From positions 43,152,001-43,216,000 of the forward strand of contig NC_092352.1 in NCBI RefSeq assembly GCF_963676685.1: a DNA stretch of 64,000 nucleotides. The letters are read 5' to 3'. Below, in pieces: positions 1 through 11,400 of the stretch. Position 1 is the stretch's first letter. Each line of letters starts with the position of its first letter. Below the pieces are notes generated by a model. That model ran no database searches and was not told the origin of the DNA. It was given only the letters and a program-made list of their open reading frames with translations. The translations under genes and the position numbers were made by a program. The DNA comes from Mytilus edulis. Its lineage: Eukaryota.

Positions 1-629
1 ATTTCAAGTTTTAATTTTTCAGTGTTATCTGCATGCATATCCGAAATCAATACACATTTGGCATGTCCTTTGAAATTCAATATAAAACATGTATTTAGTA
101 TGCATGTAAAACACCCCTTTCATTAGTGCATCTGGCATGAGGCATCCAATGATGTGCTTACTTTAATAAAAACATCGACGGAATCAGCGGTTAGAACAAC
201 TCCCCTTTTTGTTATAGAAAGTTAGTGACATTTATGAATTGATGCTCTCTTCGTGATTTTAGAAGGTAGACATCCTTTTTTGTTGTGCGCTTCACGATTT
301 AGAATTAAAAATTAGTTGTGTGTTCATACATTTAGGGATGGGATTCGTTATTGCTGTAATCATGTTTTCGTGTAATTTGAAGTGGAAATCACGTATTTTC
401 ATACAAGTTCATATTTAGAGGGTATTCATCGCAGTTGTTGAAAACATATCAGTGTGTCATCTGCCCTTTTCTCTTCGTCTTTAAGAAAAATAATTAAAAA
501 AAATAAAATAAAAATAAAGTTTAACGTAACAAACAAAGATTTTAAAAATCAGACAAAAATGTATGTAACGGCATCAAGACTGTCGAGTGTATGCTGATAG
601 TTATCAAAGGTACCATGCTTATAATTTAA

Positions 630-675
630 TACGCCAGACGCACATTTCGTCCACATAAGACTCATCAGTGACGCC
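630..675 (-). ncRNA. Type I hammerhead ribozyme, copy 1 (stem III degenerate)
   Basis: Minus strand gggcgtca CTGATGA gtcttatgtggac GAAA tgtgcg TC tggcgta. The core is intact; the stem III palindrome is partly mutated to G-U pairs. Confidence 0.75.
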
Positions 676-981
676 CAGATCAAAATAGTTATAAAGCCAA
701 ACAAGTACAAAGTTGAAGAGCATTGAGGATCCAAAATTCCAAAAGGTTGAGCAAAATACAGCTAAGGTAATCTATGTATGGGAAAAGAAAATTCTTAGTA
801 TTTTCGAATCATATTTTAATAAACAGAAATTTTTTACAAATTACCATATAATTTATATTCATGTCAACACCGAAGTGCTGACTACTGGGCTGGTGATACC
901 CTCGGGGACGAAACGTCCACCAGCAATGGCATCGACTCAGTGGTGAAAATAGATATCAAAGGTACCATCCTTATAATCTAA

Positions 982-1030
982 TACGCCAGACGCGCGTTTC
1001 GTCTACACGTCATGACTCATTAGTGACGCT
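982..1030 (-). ncRNA. Type I hammerhead ribozyme, copy 2 (core mutated, probably inactive)
   Basis: The core reads CTAATGA instead of CTGATGA; GAAA-cgcgcg-TC and stem I are retained. Confidence 0.7.
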
Positions 1031-1323
1031 CAGATCTAAATAATTATAAAGCCAAACAAGTAGAAAGTTGAATAGTTTACTTTTTATAAATTGTTACTTG
1101 GATAGAGTTGTCTCATTGGCACTCATATGGTCACACCACATCTTCCTATATTTTTTGTTAGAAATCATGTCTGTACCGGAAGGTATCAGCAGCTCAATAT
1201 GTAATCAGTATCTCGGTACTGACTACGTACTGAGCTTATGATACCTGCGGGGCTGAAAGTCCACCAACAGAGGTATCGACCCAGTGCTGTAAAAAATGAA
1301 AACAGCACGTTTAATAAATGCTT

Positions 1324-1370
1324 GCGCCCGAAGCGCTTTTCTGGATTTACCTTAATTCATCAGGGACGTT
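1324..1370 (-). ncRNA. Second-family type I hammerhead-like motif
   Basis: Minus strand aacgtcc CTGATGA attaaggtaaatcca GAAA agcgct TC gggcgc. Stem I is cgtcc/gggcg and stem III is the palindrome agcgct; stem II is imperfect. Confidence 0.6.
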
Positions 1371-1620
1371 CAAAGCCAAATATGTGAAAGCCGAGGATGT
1401 ACAAGTACCGAAACAGTTGAAAAGCTATTATACAAAAAATACCTGAAAAATGCCAAATCGATCTAAGGTCAACTTTGCCTGAGGGAGAGTTGAAACCTTA
1501 CTTTCTTGGTAATTCAAAAATTTCGCAACAGACAGTTATAGAAAGGTTTGTTATAAATCATGTCAGTAAAAGTCACAATAGTGATCAATAGTTATCAAAA
1601 GTACCAGGATTATAATTTTA

Positions 1621-1666
1621 TACGCCAGACGCGCGTTTCGTCTACATAAGACTCATCAGTGACACT
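1621..1666 (-). ncRNA. Type I hammerhead ribozyme, copy 3 (intact core)
   Basis: Minus strand gagtgtca CTGATGA gtct-tatgt-agac GAAA cgcgcg TC tggcgta. Predicted GUC cleavage between 1628 and 1627. Confidence 0.85.
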
Positions 1667-1975
1667 CAGATCAAAATAGTTTAAAAGCCAAATAAATACA
1701 AAGTTGAAGAGCATTGAGGACCCAAAATTCCAAAAAGTTGTGCCAAATACGGCTAAGGTAATCTACTCCTGGGGTAAGAAAATCCTTAGTTTTTCGAAAA
1801 ATTCAAAATTTTGTAAACAGAAAATTTATAAAAATGACCATATAATTGATATTCATGTCAACACCGAAGTGCTGACTACTGGGCTGATGATACCCTCGGG
1901 GACGAAACGTCCACCAGCAATGGCATCGACCCAGTGTTGTAAATAGTTATCAAAAGTACCAGGATTATAATTTTA

Positions 1976-2027
1976 TACGCCAGACGCGCGTTAACGTTTC
2001 GTCTACATAAGACTCATCAGTGACGCT
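1976..2027 (-). ncRNA. Type I hammerhead ribozyme, copy 4 (intact core, 6-nt insertion in stem III)
   Basis: Minus strand agcgtca CTGATGA gtct-tatgt-agac GAAA cgttaacgcgcg TC tggcgta. Predicted cleavage between 1983 and 1982. Confidence 0.8.
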
Positions 2028-2948
2028 CAGATCAAAATAGTTAAATAGTGATCAATAGTGTTGATGGAGTTTATAAAAGATTAATTGACTAAGGTTTTAA
2101 AATTGATCTAATAGAATTGCAATACTATATCATGTATCGTCGGCTGTTCTCTGCACTTTAGTCGGGTTGTTGTCTCTTTGACACCACATTCCCCTTTTCT
2201 ATTTCAATTTTATCTGAGATATGTATTATGTGTATTATACCATTTCGCCTTCTTGCCTCAGAAATGAATATTTTGATGAACTATATGCAGGATATAACTG
2301 GTTTCAAAATTGAAATACATGATTCTGTGTCTTTTCCATGCAAAACAAATTAGCAAGACTAACAGCAGGTGGAAATGAATAACCTGGTCACCTGAAATCC
2401 TCCTGTAACACCCTCCCTTTGTTTGAGTTTATAAGATAGACCTATACGTACAGGTTCCTGAAATACTTCCCTGGGATCAGATCGTATAAACAGGCAGAAA
2501 AGGTTATTTTTTTATATTTTTTTAAGGCCAAACATTCGATGTCACGAGATTAAAAAACCGGTTAAAGACATGGTAATAGCTGTTTTACACAAACCCCCCT
2601 TTCCCTCCATTTTTTTGTTTATTCGTCCTCGTAATCGATTCGCAAAAGCATATACTTATAGGTAATTATTTTTACAGTTACATTGTACATCAGTTCAACA
2701 AGATGGTCTTTCATACATATTTTTTTTCTTCTTGCTAAAATCTAACCCGTGAAAAAGAACGTTAATTCAATGGTTTAAATTTTCGGTCTCTAGATATATC
2801 TTTTAACAATGTTTAAAGTGAAAGTGAAAGTACGTAGCGCATGCTGATAAGAAATAAAATCGATCTGTTGTGAAAAATACAGTCCATAATCATAATGCTT
2901 TGAAGGGCATCTTTAAAAAAAGATTGTACGACACCATGAATTTCTAGA

Positions 2949-3053
2949 GAAATATTGTTGGTGTGTACTGGACGTATTTTTTCGAAATATTGTTGGTGTG
3001 TACTGGACGTATTTTTTCGAAATAGTGTTGGTGTGTACTAGACGTATTTTTTC
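2949..3053. repeat. Three tandem copies of a 35-bp unit
   Basis: gaaatattgttggtgtgtactggacgtattttttc at 2949, 2984 and 3019. Confidence 0.85.
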
Positions 3054-6000
3054 CGTACGATTAGAGACAAACTTTGATCCAGTGGGCGGATAAATAAAAA
3101 CAAACACTGTGATTTCCAACCTTGAACTGATATGGTAAGAATTTTTGTTTGTGTAGTTTATCTGACATTTGACATTATATGTTTGATATATCATGTTGAT
3201 ATGTGTATTTGCTTACTACATTACGTTTGAAGACTTAATTTATTGTTTATGCATTAATAATTCTTTGGCCAGAATATGTTGCTTGCTATTCTAGTCTGCT
3301 TACTGTATATTGATGTTTCTGTTCTTTATTTCTTGAATATCTTACTCGACATGTGTAGCAACATGCTTTGTATTTTTGTAATTTCCTTATGTTGTGTGTC
3401 GTGTGCTGTCTTAAATGTACTGTAATATTTTATGTAGCTAGTATTGTATCTATAATTTACAATCCTGACAACGCTAGGTAGGTGATACATATAAATACGA
3501 CAAGACGACTATTAAACATATTTCACCATCTGACTTTTTTAACATATACATATCCAAAATATGAAGTTTTTTCTTTTTACTCATCCATCAAAGTATCATA
3601 CATAATTGTGCTTTATAGAAGTTTTCTGGTTCTAGCATTTCCAACTTAAAAATTGGTTGTTAATGATTGTTTCCGCCTAAAACGCTAAGGAATATCTAAG
3701 ATAAAAAAAAATGGCATAGAAAAAAAAACACGCGATTACTATCAAATGATGTTTTAACAAAATGTAATATGCATTATAATTGGGTTGAATAATAATCTTA
3801 TTATTTAAATGCCCGGTAGCGCTTTTCATTTCAACTTGGGGTCCTCCGAGTTGTCTCTTCCAAAAAATGACTAATCGTTCTGAAAGAAATTAACTTCATA
3901 TAGGTATATACTTTATCTTAATGATACCATATCCATGTGTAGATGTTTTGATAAGAGAAATTTCGTACTGAATATATAAAACATGAATGATTAAGAACTG
4001 TATTTATTCCCCTTTGTCCACATATCGTATCGTTCGATGTATTCAATTTTTATTGTGACAAAGAGGCAACCCGATCAAATTAGAGAAAACAGCCCAAGGC
4101 CACCTATCATTATGGTTCTTCAACACAGCGAGAATTTCTGAACTCAGAGGTTGGGTCATTTTTCATTGTCGAGAAAAACTGGAATACCCAAAATGAACCA
4201 CCAATCTCAGGCAGGAAAACACGAAATCCAGTTTTCAACATATCTAGTCCATTCGTAACGTAAACGAACGCACGTATCACTAACTAGTGAAGTTCGAAAC
4301 TCCGGTCGGGTGAAAACCAAGGATTCATCTATCCTTCAGCCAATCCTTGGGGTAACCTCAGTGTTGAAAAGGCTATTGGTCACTTTATGTAGATGGACAA
4401 CGTAGACCACGTGGAAACCGTATACTACTTAAATATTATAGAAGAAAAGTATGACGCATCGCAGCCTATGTAGTAGTTTGTTTGGTTTTTTTTTCTTCAG
4501 GGCATTCATTTTCCCTGTAAAATCAGAACGAAATATAAGGAAGACCACCTTTATTTTGAGGGGGAAAGTACATGCTAACTGTCAGTTTTGCTTTTTCTAC
4601 TCACGTGTTAAAAAAATGTGGTGAACTTGTATATTGGATTTGATACATCAACATCAAAATAGCTTCGTGTATTATTTTACATTTTGAATCACTTCAAAAT
4701 AGATTTGTTTTCTTCGTCCTCTATAAAAGAACAATTTGAAATCTTATTTTACTTTTATGTATGAAATAATAAAGAATCGTTCTTCTTCATGTATGTGTTG
4801 CCCCGCTGCTGCGGATGCGGAGAGTGCATTTTGCGTTTCCGTCGTACTTACGTTTTAAAATTAGTTTTCGTTCTTTAAGTAATAACATTGATTTGGCTCA
4901 ACTAACTTGGTGTTATGAAACCTATACACAATGCTATAAACATAGCATGTATGTCCCTTTATAACGGTATATATGCAAGCGAGATAATCATATGTGACCC
5001 ATGGCACATTCTCTTTTTATGTTAATTAAAGATTGATTTCTTTGATTCATAAATCCTAACCTCAGAATGTGTGACTTATTTGTTTGTACACATGCAATAC
5101 ACGATATTTTTTATTTTTATTTATTTTATTTTTTAACGATAACAAATATTTTATTCAATCATTTCCCTAAGTATTTCAGGTCGTATACTTATACACGATA
5201 AACTTTGTTTATAATAAAATATTTGAAATCTACATGCAAACAAAACACTAAGAAGAAATCGAAAACAAGGTGATTACAGGCAAAGGAACACTTGTAAGTG
5301 TTTTGTTTGTTTCCGAGTATACTTGGTGCAAGATTCCCGCTTCACACGTCGTGTATTAACATACATTTGTATGGTGATAACAAAGTATAAGTAATGTTTC
5401 ACTAACCAGATTTACATTTTACCTTGTAGCGGCATACTCTAAAATGTGTATAAACAGTTTTTTGACAAGGTTTATCGCAATTTTAAAAACTTAACGAGTT
5501 CAAATAGATAAGTTGTTGTAAGTTTATTGATCTGTAATAGCATCAAAATCTGAAAGAATTTATTGGATTGAATTCAATAATCTCGTTTCTTGATAGTAAA
5601 ATACTGAAATGAATTCAAATTTAAATATTTTATTTGATAAACCAGTCCACATGATAAATATGACATTGCGTATTCCAAGTGTACAAACTACAGGACATAT
5701 AAAACATGACAAATAATGTAAATAACCTATAATAGTACAACGGTAAATCGATTACAAGTGTGTATAGTGACAATATATAGGACATCAACTACTTGACAAA
5801 GTCTAAGGCTTTTGTGCGGCCTCAACAATGTTGTCACATTGAGGTATAATGTCTATTTTAAGATAAAAATTTATCGATTGTTGTTGGAGAAATAAATGTC
5901 CATTGGCAAATATTTCACGCGTATTTAAGACAAGAACAGTTAGAAAGTAACATAAAAAAGCAGGTAGTCCAGAGGAAGTGAATCGTTGATAAGGTTGAAA

Positions 6001-6316
6001 AGGGTGTGTGTCCCATTTGAGAGGTTTTCCAAGGGATCTTGAACATACACCAATGTGTTCTGCTCTAATAACCAGAAAGAGGATTTAAACAAAAGTGACG
6101 TCGTATTTACAAAACGGACACATTGTGAAGAGTCGTCTCATTGGAAATCATACCACATCTTCTTTTTTATATATACCCTTTCAATATGGGTCTTTTTGTC
6201 GGAGAGCATAGTTAAATGTTCTTGTTCACCTTGAACAGCAAAAAGTACACATCATCTGCTTGCTTACCAGACAGGAGATTTCAAGGTGACAAAATGTGTA
6301 CAATAATCACGGTTAA

Positions 6317-6880
6317 GGGAGCTCGCGGGTCTAAATCAAATTTTTTATTTAATATAGGATTTCGCTATATTTTTTCTATAAATGAACTTTATCTTATATT
6401 TTATAGAAAAATGAAATTGAAAGATGGGGTCGCCGTTCATTTACGCTCACAATCTGCCTTCGAAAGAAGCATACATTTTTGTTAATGTCCTTTTTTCAGT
6501 TGAACTAATAGCAGAAATAGCGGTAATATCGAAATAAAAAAAGAACTAAATTACAGAAATCGCTTAAATTTTACAATTATTAAGTTTATGTACAGCTTGT
6601 TCGAAAACAACAATAAAAAGTATAGGTCACCGATGAGTTAAAAAAAGTTACCTCAATTTTATTTTAAATGGCATTTTTGCACCAAAGGGAGATAATTTGG
6701 AGCTTTTTCAATGATATCTACATTCTAAAAGTCACCACCAGGGGCCAACACGAATTGATTTTTTTGGAATGATTTTTGTACCATATGATAAATTAATAAC
6801 TACTAAAGGTAATTAATAAAATTTGTAATGAAAAATAAATGTTTAATTTTTTTCTGAAAATCTTATACCCGCGAGCCTTC
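6317..6880. mobile_element. Non-autonomous DNA transposon with TTAA target duplication (Kolobok-like MITE)
   Basis: TTAA|gggagctcgcgggt ... acccgcgagccttc|TTAA: imperfect 14-bp TIRs starting with purines, flanked by TTAA. Confidence 0.7.
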
Positions 6881-7276
6881 TTAATAAAAACAGAAAATTC
6901 GACAAATTATTATATGAATAAGTATGATAAATGTGACATTGCGTAATCCAAGTGTACAGTATAAACTAACGCAGATATTAAATAAACATGTTTGACTTGG
7001 ATTAATATTTAAAATCAACTTTCAAACATCAAAATAGGGACAGCCGATCCTATTTTCTCCTCCATAAGGTTAGACTAGGCTTAATAAATATGATAAGAAA
7101 AATCTTCGTAGATTCACTTTTTCAAAAGAAAACTTTCATTTTTTTAGTTTTAAATGGTCTTCTGAATCACATCAGTTATCCAGCTGGACTAAAAATGCAA
7201 CACAAATTAAATTCGATGAAAATAAAATGAAGTACACACTGCAACGTTAATGCTCAGCAATTAAAACAGCAGTGTC

Positions 7277-7426
7277 AAGTGGCGGATCCAGACGGGGTTC
7301 CGGGGTGGGAACCCATCCTTTTTTTTTCTTGACGATCAATGCATTTGAATGGGGACATATAGTTGAACACCCCCTTTTATCCTGGGTTGGGAACCCCCTT
7401 TTAAAAATGACTGCATCCGCCCCTGG
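7277..7426. mobile_element. Short GC-rich MITE
   Basis: Imperfect inverted termini agtggcggatccag ... ctgcatccgcccctg around a GC-rich core in an AT-rich background. Confidence 0.55.
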
Positions 7427-7604
7427 TGTCTCTATACGAATGTATCTATCTTGTAGTAAAAAAGGGTACACGTCGGTTGTACGCTGTGGGATTGATTGGA
7501 AGAGAAAAATCCATTAATTTAACGAATAGTCAATTCACTTGTAGAGCAACCCAATTAGTGTGTCCATTCTATTATCACATCCATATTTTAGCAACGACTA
7601 TTGT

Positions 7605-7985
7605 AAATAAAGACGAGTTCAAATCTGAGGACGCTTTATATATGTATACACATATATTGATTCCGTCAGTTTTTTGTGATTATTAAGAAAGAAGGTAAAT
7701 TCAGGTAAGGTTACATTTTTGCAAATGGATTTTTTTTATAAGCTATCTGTAGGCAGTCTTGATGATTTTATTCGGTAATTTTGTTAAAAGTCTCATGGTG
7801 TAGGAATGCTTCATATAAATAAAGAGTTCAAATCTGAGGACGCTTTATATACATATGATTATTCAGTCAGTTTGTGTAATTATTAAGAAAGAAGGTAAGT
7901 TCAGGTAAGGCTACATTTTTTTCAAATAGAAATATTTCATAATTTATCTATATATACCAGTCTTGATAATTTGGATTGGTAATTG
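7605..7985 (+). promoter_or_regulatory. Tandemly duplicated putative core promoter plus 5'-UTR exon of the carboxylesterase
   Basis: Two ~180-200 bp copies, each with ctttatata (TATA-like), tcagtt (Inr-like) and twin donors aagGTAA.ttcagGTAAGG (7695/7705 and 7895/7905). An acceptor ttcag at 8420-8424 lies just before the ATG at 8428. Confidence 0.5.
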
Positions 7986-8427
7986 CAATAGATTTTAATT
8001 TCAATTTCATTAAAACAAGTCCTCACTAAATGCGAGTGGATAGAGGGAGATGTTTTAATCAAATTGAATGGATCTGACAGATATTCAAATTGCAAGTCGA
8101 TCAAATTAGACCCAAGGTCTTCTGGTTCGTATTTTAATACGTCAAAATTAAGCTTGGTCTAAAACAATAATTTTTGAATGACTAATTCTAGAAATCAAAT
8201 ATTAACCATAGTAAATAATAATTATTATGCAGAACAACTAGCAATACTAATATAACTTGATGTTTTGCTAAATGCCTCTTGGGGTAGGGAAGTTGTTTCA
8301 TTGAAGAGTCCGAGTCTGAGTCCCCAAAATATTATTTTACTCACAGGAAGCTCGCATGCGGTATACAGTGATGATCAAACTTAAACAAATTAAAAAATTA
8401 ACGAATATCAACATTTAATTTCAGGTT

Positions 8428-11400
8428 ATGAAAAGGTGCCAAAAGAACAAAATGAACGCTTTTATATTTACTGTTTTTATGACACTGGTATGTGCGGATA
8501 TTGCACTTGCTGATTTTACACTCGTCAACTCTGAATGTGGTCCAATTAAAGGACTAAAGACACAGAATAAACAAACAGGAAAGGACGTATATGAATTCCG
8601 TGGAATTCCCTTTGGGAAACCCCCCATTGGTCCATTGAGATTCACAAAACCACAACCGGTCGATAAATGGACGGAAACATTGGATGCAACAGAATTTGGA
8701 GCAGCATGTTCACAGTCCGTCCCACCAATGATGCCAGATTTTAAGCCGTCTAAAATGTCAGAGGACTGTTTATTCTTGAACGTGTATGTCCCAAACCATG
8801 TTGACAAAAACAGAAAATTGCCAGTTATGGTGTGGATATATGGTGGTGGTTTAGTCATGGGCTTTTCAAATCAATACGACGGAGGATGGATTGCCACGCA
8901 AGGAGATGTTATAGTAGTGACTATAAATTATAGATTGGATGTATTTGGTTTCTTGACAGTTGACCACCCAGCTTCCAAGGGAAACTACGGTCTATGGGAC
9001 CAAAAGCTTGCACTACAATGGGTACACGACAACATTGCATCTTTTGGAGGGGACCCTGAGTCTGTTACTATATTCGGACAATCAGCAGGGGGTTGGAGTG
9101 TATCATTTCAATCTTTGATACCACAGAATAAAGGGCTTTTCCAGAGAGTAATAGCCCAAAGTGGTGTAGTCAATGAGTTAAATATGTTAACTAAGAAGCA
9201 AATAAATGAAAGGACCATTCACCTTGCAAAGAAAACCTCCTGTCCAATCAACGACATGTATAAATTTACGGACTGCCTTCGTGACATCGATGTAAGTGAG
9301 CTTTTAAAGGCCACCGATATGTTTAGTTTAATGCCCGATGACAGACTTGAAGTTTTTCAACCGCAATATATTCCAGTTGTGGATGGTGAATTATATCCGG
9401 ATCACCCCCTGCGAAGTTTAAAGGATGAAAAGTCGGATGTTGCCCAATTTTACGGGTCTTTGGACCTAATCGCAGGTTTTACCTCAAACGAGGGTCTAAT
9501 GATGGCAATGGGAATACTCCCAAAACTTCAAGAAAACTTTGGTTTCAATGTTTCTGAAAGTATCCCACTCAAATTTATTTGTAAGGGAATGATTGAGCCT
9601 TTCGTAGAAAAATTTTACAATAACGATTCTGAAGTTAAAGACAAGATTTGTAAATTTTACACATCAGAGACGACTTCTACTGATGAACAGAGTCAGAAAG
9701 CAAGCGAATTCATTGCCGATTCCTGTTTTGGATATACTATCAAAAGAATGCTTGATTATCATGTATCCTTTGAAGGCAAGAAATATCAGTACCTCTTTTC
9801 GAAAGAAAAACCCATAATGGGGTTTGCACCGAAATGGGGTAAGGGATCTGGCCATGGAGAAGAAATACAGTTCATGTTTGATATTAAAGTATTATTGCCG
9901 TCTATGAATAGTACTGCATTTACTCCAGAAGAACAGCAAATCGCTAATGAGATAATTGGATATTGGACATCCTTCGCCAGAAAAGGGTAAGATAATAACG
10001 CATCATGGTCGTACATAACACCAAAGGGAAATAAATTTTGTAAATTCAGATGAACGTTTCACATTCTATTGTTGAGGAAAATTTTAAGTTTCTTTATGAT
10101 AAAAAATAGTGTTTGTCAAACTGCAATATGTATCAAATTGAAACTATCTGATAAAGTGTGTAGTTACTTTATCGGAAAATTTTCATGTGATATAAAGTAG
10201 TTTGACAAAAGTTTATATTTGTGTCAAAGGATCAAAGTGAATATTTTGTCAAAATTTTATGAAAATTAAACGAGCCAAATTATTTTAGTCGAGGTGTTTG
10301 GTACCACCTTATGATCTACATAGTGTTTACTCTTCGTCGTTTTATAGTGTTTACAAAACAATAAACGAAACTAAACTATTCATATTTGTATTTGCACGTG
10401 ACGCGCGTTCTAATCAACAAAAGTTAAAAAGACCCAAAAAAGTAAGAAGTTCACGAGCATTAACATGATTAAGGATTTCATAGACCCCTCTTTTTAAAAA
10501 TGACATTTGCCATGATTATGCACGAAGGTATAATAACCAAATATATCTAATCTATAATTTATTGGCAGCAGTCCTTTTGCGCCAATTACTGTTTTTCAGG
10601 GGTATCATTTGCGCCAAATATAGTTTTCCAAATGTATCAATTGCGCCAAATATAGTTTTCCAAATGTATCAATTGCGCCAATTTTCGGAACTCATTTGCG
10701 CCAATTTACCTGTACACATATCTATCTATTTATTCTCATTTTTGCTTAAAAAGTATCATATGTTCAGAGATATTGCACCATGAAGATGAGCAGCTGGAGA
10801 GAAATGACTTGAAATGCACCAGACAGTCCATATACATAGAGAGAAGAAAACTTATTGCTCTGCTTAATATTTAATTCAAGTTATGCAAAAGAGAAGAAAA
10901 TAAAACTTTTTGCTGATTATGTTTAACCACATATGTTGATAACACAGTGATTTGTTTCCACCATCCATATGGACTGAAACTCTATCGACCGCAAGACGTA
11001 CCAGTAATGGAGCTGAAGCATTCCCCAGTAATTATTATGAACGGTTTTATGCATTTAATCCTTCAATGATTGTCTTTTTGGACAATAAAGGGAAGTCACA
11101 AGCTACTACATACATTGTACCCATGCAGCAGCAGTAAGAAGAAAGTATGTTTCAGAAAAGGAAACATTTGCCATGTATAAACTGCCGGTTCAAAGTCCTA
11201 ATAAAGGAGGAGGGACGTCATTTTTCTTCTAATTGGCGCAATCGTATGTTTTATTTTTGGCGCAAATGATACCATGTAATTTTAAAACAGGTGGCGCAAA
11301 CGTAGCATTGGAGAAAAAAAGTTGTGGCGCAAAAGGACTTATTTTTGGCGCAAACTGATCTCTCCCAATTTATTTGTTTACACCAATTAGTCTATTGCTG

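Larger units (their letters stand above)
597..2043 (-). mobile_element. Tandem non-LTR retrozyme-like / Penelope-associated repeat array (~352-355 bp units) carrying type I hammerhead ribozymes
   Basis: Near-identical ~350-bp units at ~597-1071 and ~1593-2043. Each unit boundary carries, on the minus strand, gcgtca-CTGATGA-gtct(tatgt)agac-GAAA-cgcgcg-TC-tggcgt. A divergent related segment lies at ~1200-1560. Confidence 0.85.

Noticed and set aside
713-1946. Duplicated 77-80 aa ORFs (MKSIEDPKFQKV...)
   Set aside because: Non-ATG starts inside the retrozyme repeat and no protein motifs; the similarity is explained by the repeat.
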